This document shows positions 1 through 12,720 of a stretch of DNA of 64,000 nucleotides, piece after piece. The notes under the pieces were generated by a model. The model was not told the origin of the DNA. It searched no databases and was given only the letters and a program-made list of their open reading frames with translations. The translations under genes and the position numbers were made by a program. Source of the stretch: Eledone cirrhosa (taxonomy: Eukaryota); assembly GCA_964016885.1 (NCBI GenBank), contig OZ024740.1, positions 126,294,001 to 126,358,000 of the forward strand. The letters run 5' to 3'. Within the stretch, counting starts at the first letter, position 1, and the number at the start of each line of letters is the position of its first letter.

Positions 1-476
1 TTAGTGAAAAGGAAATTATTTATGCAGAACTGATGAGACATCTGCAGATACTCCACCCTGATTACACCTTCAGATTTATTCATGTGATTATTGGGGCACT
101 CGGGTATATTAGTAACTGCCTCAATACAAATCTTGGGAAGCTAGGCTTCACAGGAACAGAAAGAACACAACTAGTTAGGAAATTACAAGTACAATCCATT
201 AATGGAACAGTAAAAATATGTAAAACATTCCAAACAATTTACATTTAATAACTGCATATACACATGTACAGATGCAAAGCTTATACACCTGCACACATCC
301 AACTCAAAACATCCACATCCACACATACAATAACATCCATATCTACACATGCATACATACATATCTACCTAGTTGATGATGAGTAAATTCCAATGAGAGA
401 GTCTTGAGTCTATGTTAGAAACCGACTCTCTCTCTATTGGTAAAACTTTGTGAAATTATAAAAGCAGAAGAACATT
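1..476 (+). mobile_element. 3' end of an RLE-type non-LTR retrotransposon (R4/Dong-like), truncated by the window edge
   Basis: The frame reads SEKEIIYAELMRHLQILHPDYTFRFIHVIIGALGYI, matching the K..KY..L...(P)V(V/I)IGALG end of restriction-like endonucleases. The 3' UTR has a hairpin (CCAATGAGAGAGTC...GACTCTCTCTCTATTGG, 390-440) and runs into (CATA)n. Confidence 0.65.
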
Positions 477-588
477 CATACATACATACATAAATACATA
501 CATACATACATACATACATACATACATACATACATACATACATACATACATACATACATACATACACACACACATATATACACACACA
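477..588. repeat. (CATA)n / (CA)n microsatellite
   Basis: Directly visible tandem repeat. Confidence 0.95.
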
Positions 589-794
589 GGCCTGCGTTAG
601 TGTTTGATGAGGTTGAGAACCTGGTCAGATTTCAGCCAGAGCTGTGGTATTTAATCTCCCTAGGTAATAAAATCTGTAGGCAGAATTTTATCCTTACCAA
701 AAAAAAATAACAAACATAAATATAAATGCATGTATATGTATAAATGTATAAATGCATAGGTATATACATATGTAAATGTCTGTATGTATATATG

Positions 795-1684
795 TATGTA
801 TGAGATTTTGGAAAGCTCTGTGTGTGACAGTATAGAAGCTCTTGTGCTTAAGCAACGACTCCGTTGGAGTGGTCACCTTGCCAGGATGAAGGATTCTAGA
901 ATACCAAAACAACTCTTTTATGGTGAGATAGTTAAAGGAAAACGACCGCCACATAAACCAAAAAAGAGGTATAAGGATTCCTTGAAAGCCTCTTTGAAAG
1001 AGGCTAACATCTCTGCTGATACATGGGAAAATATTGCTGCTGATCGTAATAAATGGACAAAGACTGTAAATGAGGGAAAAGTTGCCATTGAGGCATCTCG
1101 AATCGCATACGAGAAAGTAAAGCGGGATGTGAGGAAGGGCATTGCTGTTGCACTTCCAGACGGAGAGGGTCCTCCTATGGTGCTGACATGCAGCGTCTGT
1201 GCGAGACTCTGCCTAAGCAAAGCTGGACTCGAAAGTCATCTTCGCAGTCATAAAGTAAGACCAGTGGTTGACTACCAGGCTGCTGTTGGAGATGCTACTC
1301 ATCATGCTTGCCAAGCATGTGGTAGAGAATGTAAATCAGTAGGAGGGATCAAGCGACATGCAAAAGTACATGAACTCCAACCACAGCCGCCTATTCCCAG
1401 TGAATGTTTTGGTTGCCGACTCTGTGCAATACATTTTAGATCATTGGCTGGGCTAAAACGCCACATTCGATCGCAGCGCTGTTAGGTGCTATCGTGTGTG
1501 TGTATATATATATGTTTATGTGTGTATGTGTGTGTGTATATATATGTATATGTATATTATTATTGTTGTTGTCGTTATTATTATTGTTGTTGTTATTATT
1601 ATTATTAATGTTATTAATATATATATGTATATATATATTTTTTCTCGTGCAATGGCCATACTCGACAACGAGGGGGCAGCCATA
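795..1684 (+). mobile_element. 5'-truncated RTE-clade LINE 3' end with three C-terminal C2H2-type zinc fingers
   Basis: ORF 784-1485 has LRWSGHLARMKDSRIPKQLFYGE..GKR...PKKRYKDSLK..WE..A.DR.KW, the typical RTE post-RT region, followed by three CxxC...HxxxH-type motifs. A terminal stem-loop TGGCCATACTCGACAACGAGGGGGCAGCCA lies at 1653-1682. Confidence 0.85.
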
Positions 1685-1735
1685 ATGTATGTATGTATGT
1701 ATATATATATATATATCTATATATATATATCTATA

Positions 1736-1796
<61 letters not shown>

Positions 1797-1800
<4 letters not shown>

Positions 1801-2089
1801 AATGAATAATAACAGGTAGACATCATAAAAAGGTAATTTATTCCGTGTGCTTACAAGTGTTTCCACGGTGGTACCACCGTGGAAACACTTGTAAGCACAC
1901 GGAATAAATTACCTTTTTATGATGTCTACCTGTTATTATTCATTCTTTATATACACTCCGGAATACTGAAGGATCAGGAACTAAGTTTCTTGAACAATTC
2001 TTCCATAACTCGTAGAGTAACCTCTTACCGTGCGTCAACCATATCCAGTGTAGTAATTAACCATTACTACATCTTGGATAATCCTATAC

Positions 2090-2091
<2 letters not shown>
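1797..2091 (+). mobile_element. PLE pLTR-derived fold-back insertion (152-bp perfect palindrome plus tail) in (TA)n
   Basis: 1797-1948 is a spacerless palindrome centred on GGT|ACC. The right arm carries GAAA-CACTTG-TA, the 3' half of an HHR. A unique tail runs to about 2091, and both flanks are (TA)n. Confidence 0.7.
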
Positions 2092-2133
<42 letters not shown>

Positions 2134-2134
<1 letters not shown>

Positions 2135-2765
2135 TAGCAGTGGTACCCGGCGTTGCACGGGATAAGGTATTTTGGAACGCGCCGCCGCCAGCAGACCTAA
2201 TCGTGGAAAAACTGCATGCCTGAAAAATATGTAAATAAAATGAACAGAACGCTCTGATAGGTGGATAATCTTTCAGATTTTCCCCGACGAAGCAAGAAAT
2301 ATGCAGGTTTTCACCTAGGGCGTCAAGAAAATAACTTTTTTGATGTGAATAATATGCTTTGAAATTTCGCGAAAATCGGCTAGGTGTAACGCCTCCAAAA
2401 AGCCCTAAAAACTGAAGAAATGAAGTGTTTCACCTAATGCAGCCTCTAGGGCATAAAAAAGGTGGATTTTCTTTGCTCACGGTATGAAGAAGAGACTGAC
2501 TAATACATAGTTACAATTTCAAAGAAATCGGTCTGTCGTAACGCCTAAAAAAAAGCCTAAAAAGCTTTAAACACGCCGTTTTTCACCTAATGCGGGCACT
2601 AGTAGATCAAAAAGTTGAATTTTTGTATGTACATAATACTCCCACAAACATAAGTAATACACATGTAAAATTTGAAAAAAGTCGATTGGGTACTTCTCTA
2701 GTTTTAGGCATTCAAACTCACACAGACAACACACAGACAGACATCCTCAGTTTTAAATATATAGA
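2134..2765 (-). mobile_element. Non-autonomous Helitron, copy 1
   Basis: The minus strand starts TCTATAT and ends CCCGTGCAACGCCGGG (hairpin)-TACCACTG-CTAG, inserted between A and T. It has internal TTTCACCTAATGC subrepeats and is homologous to 26524-27074 and 34589-35279. Confidence 0.8.
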
Positions 2766-2808
2766 TAAATCTACACGCACACACATACACACACATACAC
2801 ACTCACAG

Positions 2809-2878
<70 letters not shown>

Positions 2879-2917
2879 GATACTAATAAATGGAAACTAT
2901 ATTTATAAAACTATATT

Positions 2918-2982
2918 TATTTCATTATACATATTTCAGGGATACCAAATTAAATTATGGTATGCCTTCATCAGACAAAATA
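2918..2982 (-). ncRNA. Minimal type I hammerhead ribozyme (family A, left arm)
   Basis: Minus strand: TATTTTGT-CTGATGA-AGGCATACCA-loop-TGGTATCCCT-GAAA-TATGTA-TA-ATGAAATA. Confidence 0.75.
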
Positions 2983-3094
2983 CAATATATAACAGTTTTA
3001 CAAATAAGCTTTGACGTACCCTTTTAAAATGCAACCATTGTTTTTGGAAGCCATCCGGATAGTGATTTGTTTATATTACTTTAATAACACAAGG

Positions 3095-3275
3095 CGGTGG
3101 ATTGGGAGTATCGGTAGAGGGTCGGACGCCATGCTTTCCAGCATAGTTACGTCCCTTTATGATCTGTGTTCAAATCCCGCCGAGGTTGACTTTGCCTTTC
3201 ATCCTTACGGGGTCGATAAATAAAGTACCAGTAATGCACTGGGTGATTGCTGGCCTTGTGCCTAAAGTAGAAACA
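3095..3275 (+). mobile_element. tRNA-derived SINE with Nin-like domain, flanked by a 20-bp TSD
   Basis: It has a B-box GTTCAAATCC and the core GACTTTGCCTTTCATCCTTACGGGGTCGATAAATAAAGTACCAG. The direct repeat ATTACTTTAATAACACAAGG lies at 3075-3094 and 3276-3295. Confidence 0.85.
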
Positions 3276-3386
3276 ATTACTTTAATAACACAAGGAATGT
3301 ATAGCAATGATTAAGAGAAATCGTCTGCGTTTTATATGTCTATATTGTTGACTTGAGTAAATATAATTTCTATTTTCAGGACGTGC

Positions 3387-3441
<55 letters not shown>

Positions 3442-4043
3442 GCGTCTTTGCCTAAGATACTGACTTCTCTAGCATTGTGTACAGTTTGGAGATTAAACCC
3501 AAATTTTGGTATATTGATCTCAAGTTTTAAACTAAACATATAGTCATTATTAAACAATGTTTAATTTCTCATATTATATATTTATGTCCCATTCACGAAT
3601 ATTAATATTTATATTTTTATTATTCATTTCATATGAATTGTTAACTCAACTTAATATGACATGACGTAAAGTCTTCATTATCTCCCTCGCTCTATATATA
3701 ATATTTCTCTCTCTTGAGTTTTTCTATCTGTCTGTTGACTTAATATCTCTCTGTTGCTTTCCTCTGTTTTTCTTATTTCTTCCTTTTTTCTTCTTTCTTC
3801 CTTTCCTCCTGTCTTTACTTATCACTTTCTTTTCTATCCATGCATCTCTCTCTCTCTCCGATATTTCTCCACGTTTTTTCTTTCTCTCCGTCTTTTTCTT
3901 TCTCTCCGTCTTTTTCTAATTGTCCTTAACACTATGACGTATTAAAGTAATATAAACAAATCACTATCCGGATGGCTTCCAAAAACAATGGTTGCATTTT
4001 AAAAGGGTACGTCAAAGCTTATTTGTAAAACTGTTATATATTG

Positions 4044-4108
4044 TATTTTGTCTGATGAAGACATACCATAATTTAATTTGGTATCCCTGAAATATGTATA
4101 ATGAAATA
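4044..4108 (+). ncRNA. Minimal type I hammerhead ribozyme (family A, right arm)
   Basis: TATTTTGT-CTGATGA-AGACATACCA-loop-TGGTATCCCT-GAAA-TATGTA-TA-ATGAAATA. Confidence 0.72.
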
Positions 4109-4385
4109 AATATAGTTTTATAAATATAGTTTCCATTTATTAATATCGTATATCTACTCCAAATACTTGTCGAGTGCTTTATATCAGTTATAAAAATATT
4201 TACTTGTTGTATCCCAACAATTTTAAATAGAACTTTTGCATATATATATATATATATATATATCTACATACATATATACATTTACGTATATATATATATC
4301 TATGAATTTATACATTTGTATATATACATGCATTTATATTTAAGCGTGTAAGAATATATATATATATATATGTGTGTGTGTTTAT

Positions 4386-4445
<60 letters not shown>

Positions 4446-4602
4446 TATTATACACACACACATATATATTTTCTTTTTTCAGTTTGGTCTACCATGTTTG
4501 GACCCCCTGTTGGAGATAAATAGATATATAGATAGATAGATAGATAGACGTTTACCAAACACACACACACATTATTTACTCCCCCGCCCCCATATTTCTC
4601 TC

Positions 4603-4640
<38 letters not shown>

Positions 4641-4855
4641 TATGGCGTTGTTATTTGGTGTTGTTGAAACGAGCAGTGGCCTTTGACCTGGCAATAAAAG
4701 CTGGAGACAACATTCTTTCTGTATCAAGGCAAACACACACAAGTTTGTGTGTGTGTATGTGTGTGTGTGGGGTGGGGGTACGTACGCGTTTATGTGTGTG
4801 TGTGTATCTATCTATGTATATATATAAGGGATATAGATATTGCTTTCTCAGTCAC

Positions 4856-5343
4856 CAAGCTTCTCAATTCATTCCTTGCTACTAAGTATTTTACTTTGCC
4901 ACGTGGTATATTATTTTGCAAGGAACTATTTCCCCCTGAGTTTGTGATTTCAGAGAAATGTAAGAAATTCTTCATATTTTGCATCTTTTGTATTTTGACT
5001 TTACAGTTTGGATCGTAAAATTGTCTATCCACTCAAAATATCACATCAGCTAACAGTGAAATATAGAATTTAAAAAAAAACAACCTTTTTCGACAGATCA
5101 AATCTTTTTTTTTATTTCAAAATAGTTCATTTGAAATAGCTTGCTTTTGTTTTGGACTGAAACATTGTCTATTTAATTAATACGAGTATTTTTTAAAGAT
5201 TCTAAGACAACTTGATTTGGCCCAGTAATCTACTGATATCAAAATCAGTAGTATATTGAAAAATAGAAAAAAGGGTAGGGGGCCGTTTCATGATTTCGAG
5301 GTGCAAAAGGGGGCGTTTGGCCGAAATGGGTTGAGAACCTTTG
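4856..5343. mobile_element. Possible decayed hAT/Charlie-type MITE
   Basis: The right end GGGTTGAGAACCTTTG resembles hAT termini, with an imperfect inverted match CCAAGCTTCTCAA near 4856. Confidence 0.3.
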
Positions 5344-5366
5344 GTTTAGAAGGTACCCGTCGTCAG

Positions 5367-5440
5367 GGGATGTTTAGTTCAATGGCATAGAGCGCTCAGT
5401 GGGAATTTTAGTGGTAGAAAGTTCGATTCTCTGGAGAAGT
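5367..5440 (+). mobile_element. tRNA-like SINE head or tRNA pseudogene
   Basis: A-box-like TAGTTCAATGGCATAGAGCG and B-box GTTCGATTC are present, but the cloverleaf is not intact. Confidence 0.45.
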
Positions 5441-6879
5441 TTCTGGCCACTTTTTCCATCTATAGGGTTATAATACCCAATTTTATGAGCTATTACTTTC
5501 TGCGCTTGATATTTTCTATATTATCAAAGAATGAATAATTATATGTAATATATCATATATTTATTATACTGTATGTTTATTTCGTCCATAATGTGCTTCA
5601 GAAAGAATTTAGATACACTGATAATCAGATTTTGTAGTAGTTGGACAATCAAGAGACGTGTCATCTTATATATTGCGTAACTGACGCTTTGTTCTTCTTC
5701 TGCAAATAGGTAGAAACATTTACATACTGTATATCAAAGAGGATATGAATTATGTTTTATATTGCATTATCGATGCTTAATGTATTGCTACCATTCTGTT
5801 AAACTTAAATTACATATTTTTGAACTGTTACTGTTCAAGTTAGACGAAGTGATGTCAATAACTCACTCTTGTACGTAGAAGAGGTTATATGTTGGCATAA
5901 TACCCTCTTAATTGAGATCTCAATTATACCGAAGGAAGTATCAATATCATCGTCTCTTTTCATTCAATTACTTTTATAATGTTTATTCAAGAGACATCAC
6001 CCAACAACATATATTTGTTGTAAGATTATGATGTTCTGCAACGTAATGACATATCTTATACAAGTGATTGCAGAATGATTGGATTTTGTACGATTCCAAA
6101 TTAACAATTTACGAAGTTTATCATCTTTGTGAGGATGTTTGACATTCAGCGTTTGTAGTCGCAGACTTCGATATTATTGTATGATCAAAGTGAGCGCCAC
6201 CTAGCTCTATTTGACAGACTTTCGGCAAAAGTGATCTATGTCCCAAGAAATAATACAAATTATCGTATTGAAGAATACACATACTATTGTGATAATACTT
6301 TTGAGACAACAGTGTCCTATGTGGTTAGAATGTCGAAGGAAAAAATTACTGGAAATATTTTGTGAGCAAAACCAATGAGGACAAGAACCAGTGGTCGTTA
6401 GACGACACTTATCCGATGACCCTGTGAGTAATTACACAGTAAAGACTCAAGCTTGACCGTAAAAAAGAATACATCTCTATGCAAACAGGCGCACACAAAC
6501 ATACTTACTTGTATTTAAATGCCTTTGTTTGTAAATAAATGAGCAAGAGAATACTCTAAATATGATTTAGAAAATATTGCTTTCTTCAACGGAAATTATT
6601 TTCTGGTGACTAAAGTGTAATGTGACTTTGCTATTTGAGATACCCGAGCAATTGGCAACTGAGTTGGTGACACATGAAACGTGGTGACACGTTTCTAAAT
6701 ATTATTCTTTTAGGGCTGGTCTGGTTAGATTATTGTGATTTGTGCCTCTTTATAGTTTAATATATGTTATCAACAGTCGATTGACATTCGTCAAATCGGA
6801 TTGAGGAAACAATGTTTCCTTTGGTATTCGCAATTGCTAATACTCTATCGGGGGAAACTCCAGGTAGGAGGAGCACGAG

Positions 6880-6964
6880 CATATAACGCATCGCCCGGTC
6901 CAGGAATCGATCTCACAATATAACGATTGCGAATCCGCTTCTCTTACGCCACAGCCACGGTGCC
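6880..6964 (-). mobile_element. tRNA-like SINE head (decayed)
   Basis: Minus strand GGCACCGTGGCTGTGGCGTAAG...GATCGATTCCTGGACCGGGCG, with A/B-box-like spacing. Confidence 0.45.
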
Positions 6965-7186
6965 TTTATTAAGTGTGGTATAGATAGCACCAACAATGGA
7001 AAGACAGATGGAAATATTGTTTCCTCGGTCCGACTTAATGAATTCCAGTCCACTCGGGAAGTGAATTAGGTCCAGGATCTTATTGAATGAACTGTATCAA
7101 TCTATATCTTTATTATTTACATTATATAATTCATCTTGATTTGACAATTGGTATATTTCCTTACTTAACTCGCTGATTGTTAATAT

Positions 7187-7315
7187 AATTGTTTCTACTT
7201 TAGGCACAAGGCCAGCAATTACCCAGTGCATTACTGGTACTTTATTTTATCGACCCCATAAGGATGAAAGGCAAAGTCAACCTCGGCGAGATTTGAACTC
7301 AGATCGTAAAGGGAC
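7187..7315 (-). mobile_element. SINE, same family as 3095-3275 (5'-truncated)
   Basis: Reverse-complement match to the Nin-like core and to the 3' end GGCCTTGTGCCTAAAGTAGAAACAATT. Confidence 0.85.
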
Positions 7316-7537
7316 AATATAATGAGCGTTATTTCTGGCACCCGTTGGGCATGTTTCTGCAATATTCATTAAATGAATAACACTTGAAGTTATTACATAA
7401 TATATACGAGTCAATACGAAAGCCTCTATACTGTGGCTAAATATAATGGAATGAACAAGTAAATTACCCCCAAATTAGACCTTAACGCCTTAAGTCAGGG
7501 AAGAACTGATAAGACAGTTTATATATATATATATATA

Positions 7538-7724
7538 ATTTTATCTCGGGTTTAATCGGGGGTAACCACAGTAAGTAAGGTACTCAATACAAAGCAGGGT
7601 ATAAATATTTAATATAGAAAGGATTCTACAGGACTAGAACTGTTTTAGTCAGGAAAAATCATCAGAGTTTCCTGATATTTTTAACGAATGAAACAGTGCT
7701 CGTCCTGGAGAAGCCTTTCTATAT

Positions 7725-7731
<7 letters not shown>
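7538..7731 (-). mobile_element. Short PLE-type head-to-head insertion in (TA)n
   Basis: About 45-bp inverted arms (7605-7650 / 7686-7731) with a tail on the left. CTGATGA occurs on the minus strand. Confidence 0.5.
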
Positions 7732-9481
<1,750 letters not shown>

Positions 9482-9686
9482 ATATATATATATATACACA
9501 AATATATTACACAGAGAGAAGTGTGTAAAGAATTATTACATGTGAGTTTTACCGTTACTGTATAGAGAACAATACCTACAGGTTAGCAATTAAATAGAAA
9601 AAAGCTAAGTCAGAATCTCTGTTCTTTGAGCTAATATTATTATTATTGTGAACTGCGGAATACTCTAATTCCGATCCTTGTATATT

Positions 9687-9719
<33 letters not shown>

Positions 9720-9960
9720 GGGGGGGGGGGGCGTGTGTGTGTGTGTGTGCGTCTGTTTATTTGTGTGTGTAGGCAGGATATCCTTAAATAAAGACTCAAG
9801 GGAAACAATGCTCAATCTATTGCAAGAGATCTTGTTTAGTATAATTAAAATTTCGTAAAGGTGACATCTATGATGAACTTAGGATTCGGAATTCAGTTAA
9901 TTATACTACATATATATAAGTATATATATATATATGTATATATATATATACATATATATT

Positions 9961-10392
9961 CATTGCTGTAGTGGAGTCTGTGCTGCTGTTTGGGACTGAG
10001 ACTTGGACACTGACGACGAAGAAACTCACTCAGATGGTGGATGGATGCTACACGAGAATGCTGAGGATGGCTCTGAACATTAATCAGTATACACTGAGGA
10101 TGAAAAACTCAGAGCTGTATGGGAGCATCCCAAAAGTCAGCTCAAAAGTGACATAGAGGAGACTGAGGTTAGCTGGACATGCTCACCGACATCCAGAGTT
10201 GACATTGCACTCAGTGCTCCTGTGGGAGCCCCTACATGGACACACTAGAAGGGGAAGACCAAGGTTAACGTATGTGGATGCCCTAAGGACAGACACTGGT
10301 CTGTTGGAGACGCAGGATATGGCAGCGATAATGAGGAACTGAGACCGCTGGAGAGAACTCGTCCATGGATCTCGGGAATTTTACCCGCCTTA
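9961..10392 (+). mobile_element. RTE/RTEX LINE 3' fragment
   Basis: VESVLLFGTETWTL...DGCYTRMLRMALNI...RRLRLAGHAHRHPE...LLWEP..G...RGRP..TYVD. Confidence 0.85.
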
Positions 10393-11429
10393 GATAGATA
10401 GATATATACATATATATATATATATATATACATATATAGTATGAATATAGCATTGTACATAATATGAGTGGGTATAGAAATATATATGATATGTTTATGT
10501 GAGAATATGTCTGTGAGAAAGAAAAAAAAAATTATTTATATGAAAACATTTTTTATCTCTTTTGCTCTGAGAACTTACATGTCTCAGTAACTACTGAGAG
10601 TGACACACTGCTCTTTTCAAGAATCATTAATCTCTCATCATTGATATTAAATTGGTACAGAGATGAAAAAAGGGTATAATGATTTTGCGTATGGTAGATT
10701 AGATGGAGATCTTCATTTTCATATATCAAATACAAACGTTTGGCTGGAAATGTTCATTTACAGGTAGTGCGATCTTGCTTTATTAAGGGCATCAAAGAGT
10801 TACTGTTCTGTATAATATGGATGTATATGAGATATACGTGACATATTAACAGAACAAAATGTGGAAAAACATCTTACATATTTTTCTTTCATTGAGAAGC
10901 TCTTATGTATCTATTATCCACAAACATATCGCATATTTTTTTATATACACACACAGGCACACAGAGACACAGATACACAGACACAGGCACAAACTCACAC
11001 ACACTCACACACACACATACATACATTTGAAGCACACTGTGTATAAGAATTCATAGAAAAATGAGAAAAATCAAACACTAGAATAGCTGTTAAACCAGCA
11101 GCATGCGACCAATGACGGCATCGTGTAAAACATTGCTCAGAGAACAGAGATCGGTGGCTAGAAGTGTGTTGGCCAACAAAAGTGATAGGAAGAAATAATC
11201 AAAGTAAAATAAACGTGACAAGATCGCACCAATATCATTTCAACTCGGCTTTAGATTCGCACGATTCAACTTAATCACATAAAACTGGTGGCTCGTGCAA
11301 CAGAAAATGAAATTTCTACTGGTATGACGTATGCGTGATAAAGCGAAGAAATTAGATATACAGACAGATAGATCGGAGAGAGTACTAAGATGCGTTCGCT
11401 TGAAACCAAGTCATGTGAAATCAAGTTTC

Positions 11430-11695
11430 AGCCATCATTACTTGTATTTATATATTTTTTTGCCCGTTAAACTCTTGCCTTTCTTGAGGAGATTTTTCAA
11501 AAATTTCACTATGTTTTAAATTGCCTTGTCTGATGAACGAATGAGGACGTTTTTCGTATTCGTCTTATTCGATAAATCTCTGGTAATGAGGTAATTATAT
11601 TGAATTGTTTATTATACATTAAATTTAACTCTGGTACTTACATAGAGCACTCTTCATTCCTATGACTTTTTCAATTTTCAACGGAAACTTAAATA

Positions 11696-11699
<4 letters not shown>
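11430..11699 (+). mobile_element. PLE pLTR remnant with a decayed HHR (11521-11594)
   Basis: TTGCCTTGT-CTGATGA-ACGAATGAGGACG...CGTCTTATTCG-(AT)AAA-TCTCTGG-TA-ATGAGGTAA, with the GAAA box mutated. It ends in (TA)n. The left boundary is approximate. Confidence 0.55.
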
Positions 11700-11761
<62 letters not shown>

Positions 11762-11766
<5 letters not shown>

Positions 11767-11911
11767 ATAATAATAAACGTGAAGACTAAAATCCAAAGAG
11801 GGTTCGATAAGGATTAATATATATCAAATATATAAGAACCATAGAGCAAATATTTATTCAGATCCCGTTAAAGGTGAAAGCAGCGATTTATGGCTTACAC
11901 TTTAATCTGTA

Positions 11912-11918
<7 letters not shown>
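11762..11918 (-). mobile_element. Family B mini-copy (tail plus short inverted arm)
   Basis: The reverse complement of the family B tail is joined to GATCCCGTTAAAGGTGAAAGCAGCG...CTGTATTTTAATA. Confidence 0.75.
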
Positions 11919-11974
<56 letters not shown>

Positions 11975-11978
<4 letters not shown>

Positions 11979-12720
11979 GAAAATAGAGAAATTAATGTGA
12001 CCAAGAAGCCAACAGTAATTCATACATATAGGTTACTATTACGTCGAGATAGAAAATATTTAACGTAAGATATGGGAAAATAATTCAATCCCAATTCAAA
12101 AAAAGTCAAGACAGAAATTTTATCCGTAGATTTTGTGTAATCCAGGGAAAAAGCCAATAGAATCTTAACTCAGAATAAAATTAAGAGTAAATACTTATCC
12201 TTCAATTTGGAAAAATCTACAAATCTATATAGTCTTAAAGACTATTTCACGAAACTTTTCAGTGGGGTTAGTCACGGTTGGAGTCATTCATCAGTAGAGT
12301 TCAACACTATAACCAAAATTCTCACTGCTAAAATATGCCAGAAGGGAATTTAAAAGCAGGCTAGTTACACCTCGTGAAGAATTATGATAATAAACACACT
12401 TGGTGAACAGGGCTAGTGACGTCAGAATGAGACGAATGACAGTTTACAAGAAACAGCAGTCAAAACATTCCGAAAAAAAACTCAACAAAATATATGGAGT
12501 TCAGCATAAAGCAATATTATCGCGGTTTTTAAAAAAAAAAACGGGATTAGTCACAAATAATTTTAAGCACTCTAGGAAAAATTCCGAGTATAAATATAAA
12601 AGAAAATAGAGAAAAAAGCCAACAGTAATTTATATATATATAAGTGACTATCACTTCAAGATGGAAAATATTTAACTTAAGATATGGGAAAATAATTCAG
12701 TCTCAATTAAAAAAAAGTCA
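11975..12720 (-). mobile_element. Retrozyme-like non-coding element R1 (~615-bp unit plus ~125-bp terminal direct repeat)
   Basis: 11976-12108 is repeated at 12597-12720. A canonical HHR lies inside and there is no credible ORF. Confidence 0.7.
12224..12298 (-). ncRNA. Canonical three-stem type I hammerhead ribozyme
   Basis: Minus strand: TCTA-CTGATGA-ATGA...TCGT-GAAA-TAGTCT-TTA-AGACTA-TA-TAGA. All core nucleotides are intact, with an AUA cleavage triplet. Confidence 0.85.

Larger units (their letters stand above)
2875..4240 (+). mobile_element. Non-coding PLE-derived element, family A, with ~210-bp inverted arms and a 3' tail
   Basis: 2875-3086 is the reverse complement of 3940-4152. Each arm has an HHR, the tail is 4153-4240, and the flanks are (TA)n. 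Confidence 0.8.

Noticed and set aside
30-45. CTGATGA at the window start as an HHR
   Set aside because: It lies in coding sequence with no stem II or GAAA partner.
784-1485. Host C2H2 zinc-finger gene
   Set aside because: The N-terminal part is an RTE LINE post-RT region and the start codon lies in a microsatellite.
5580-6400. Possible host exon or transposase remnant
   Set aside because: There is no long ORF or recognisable motif.
5367-6964. Functional tRNA genes
   Set aside because: A/B boxes are present but the stems are broken, so they are better explained as SINE heads.
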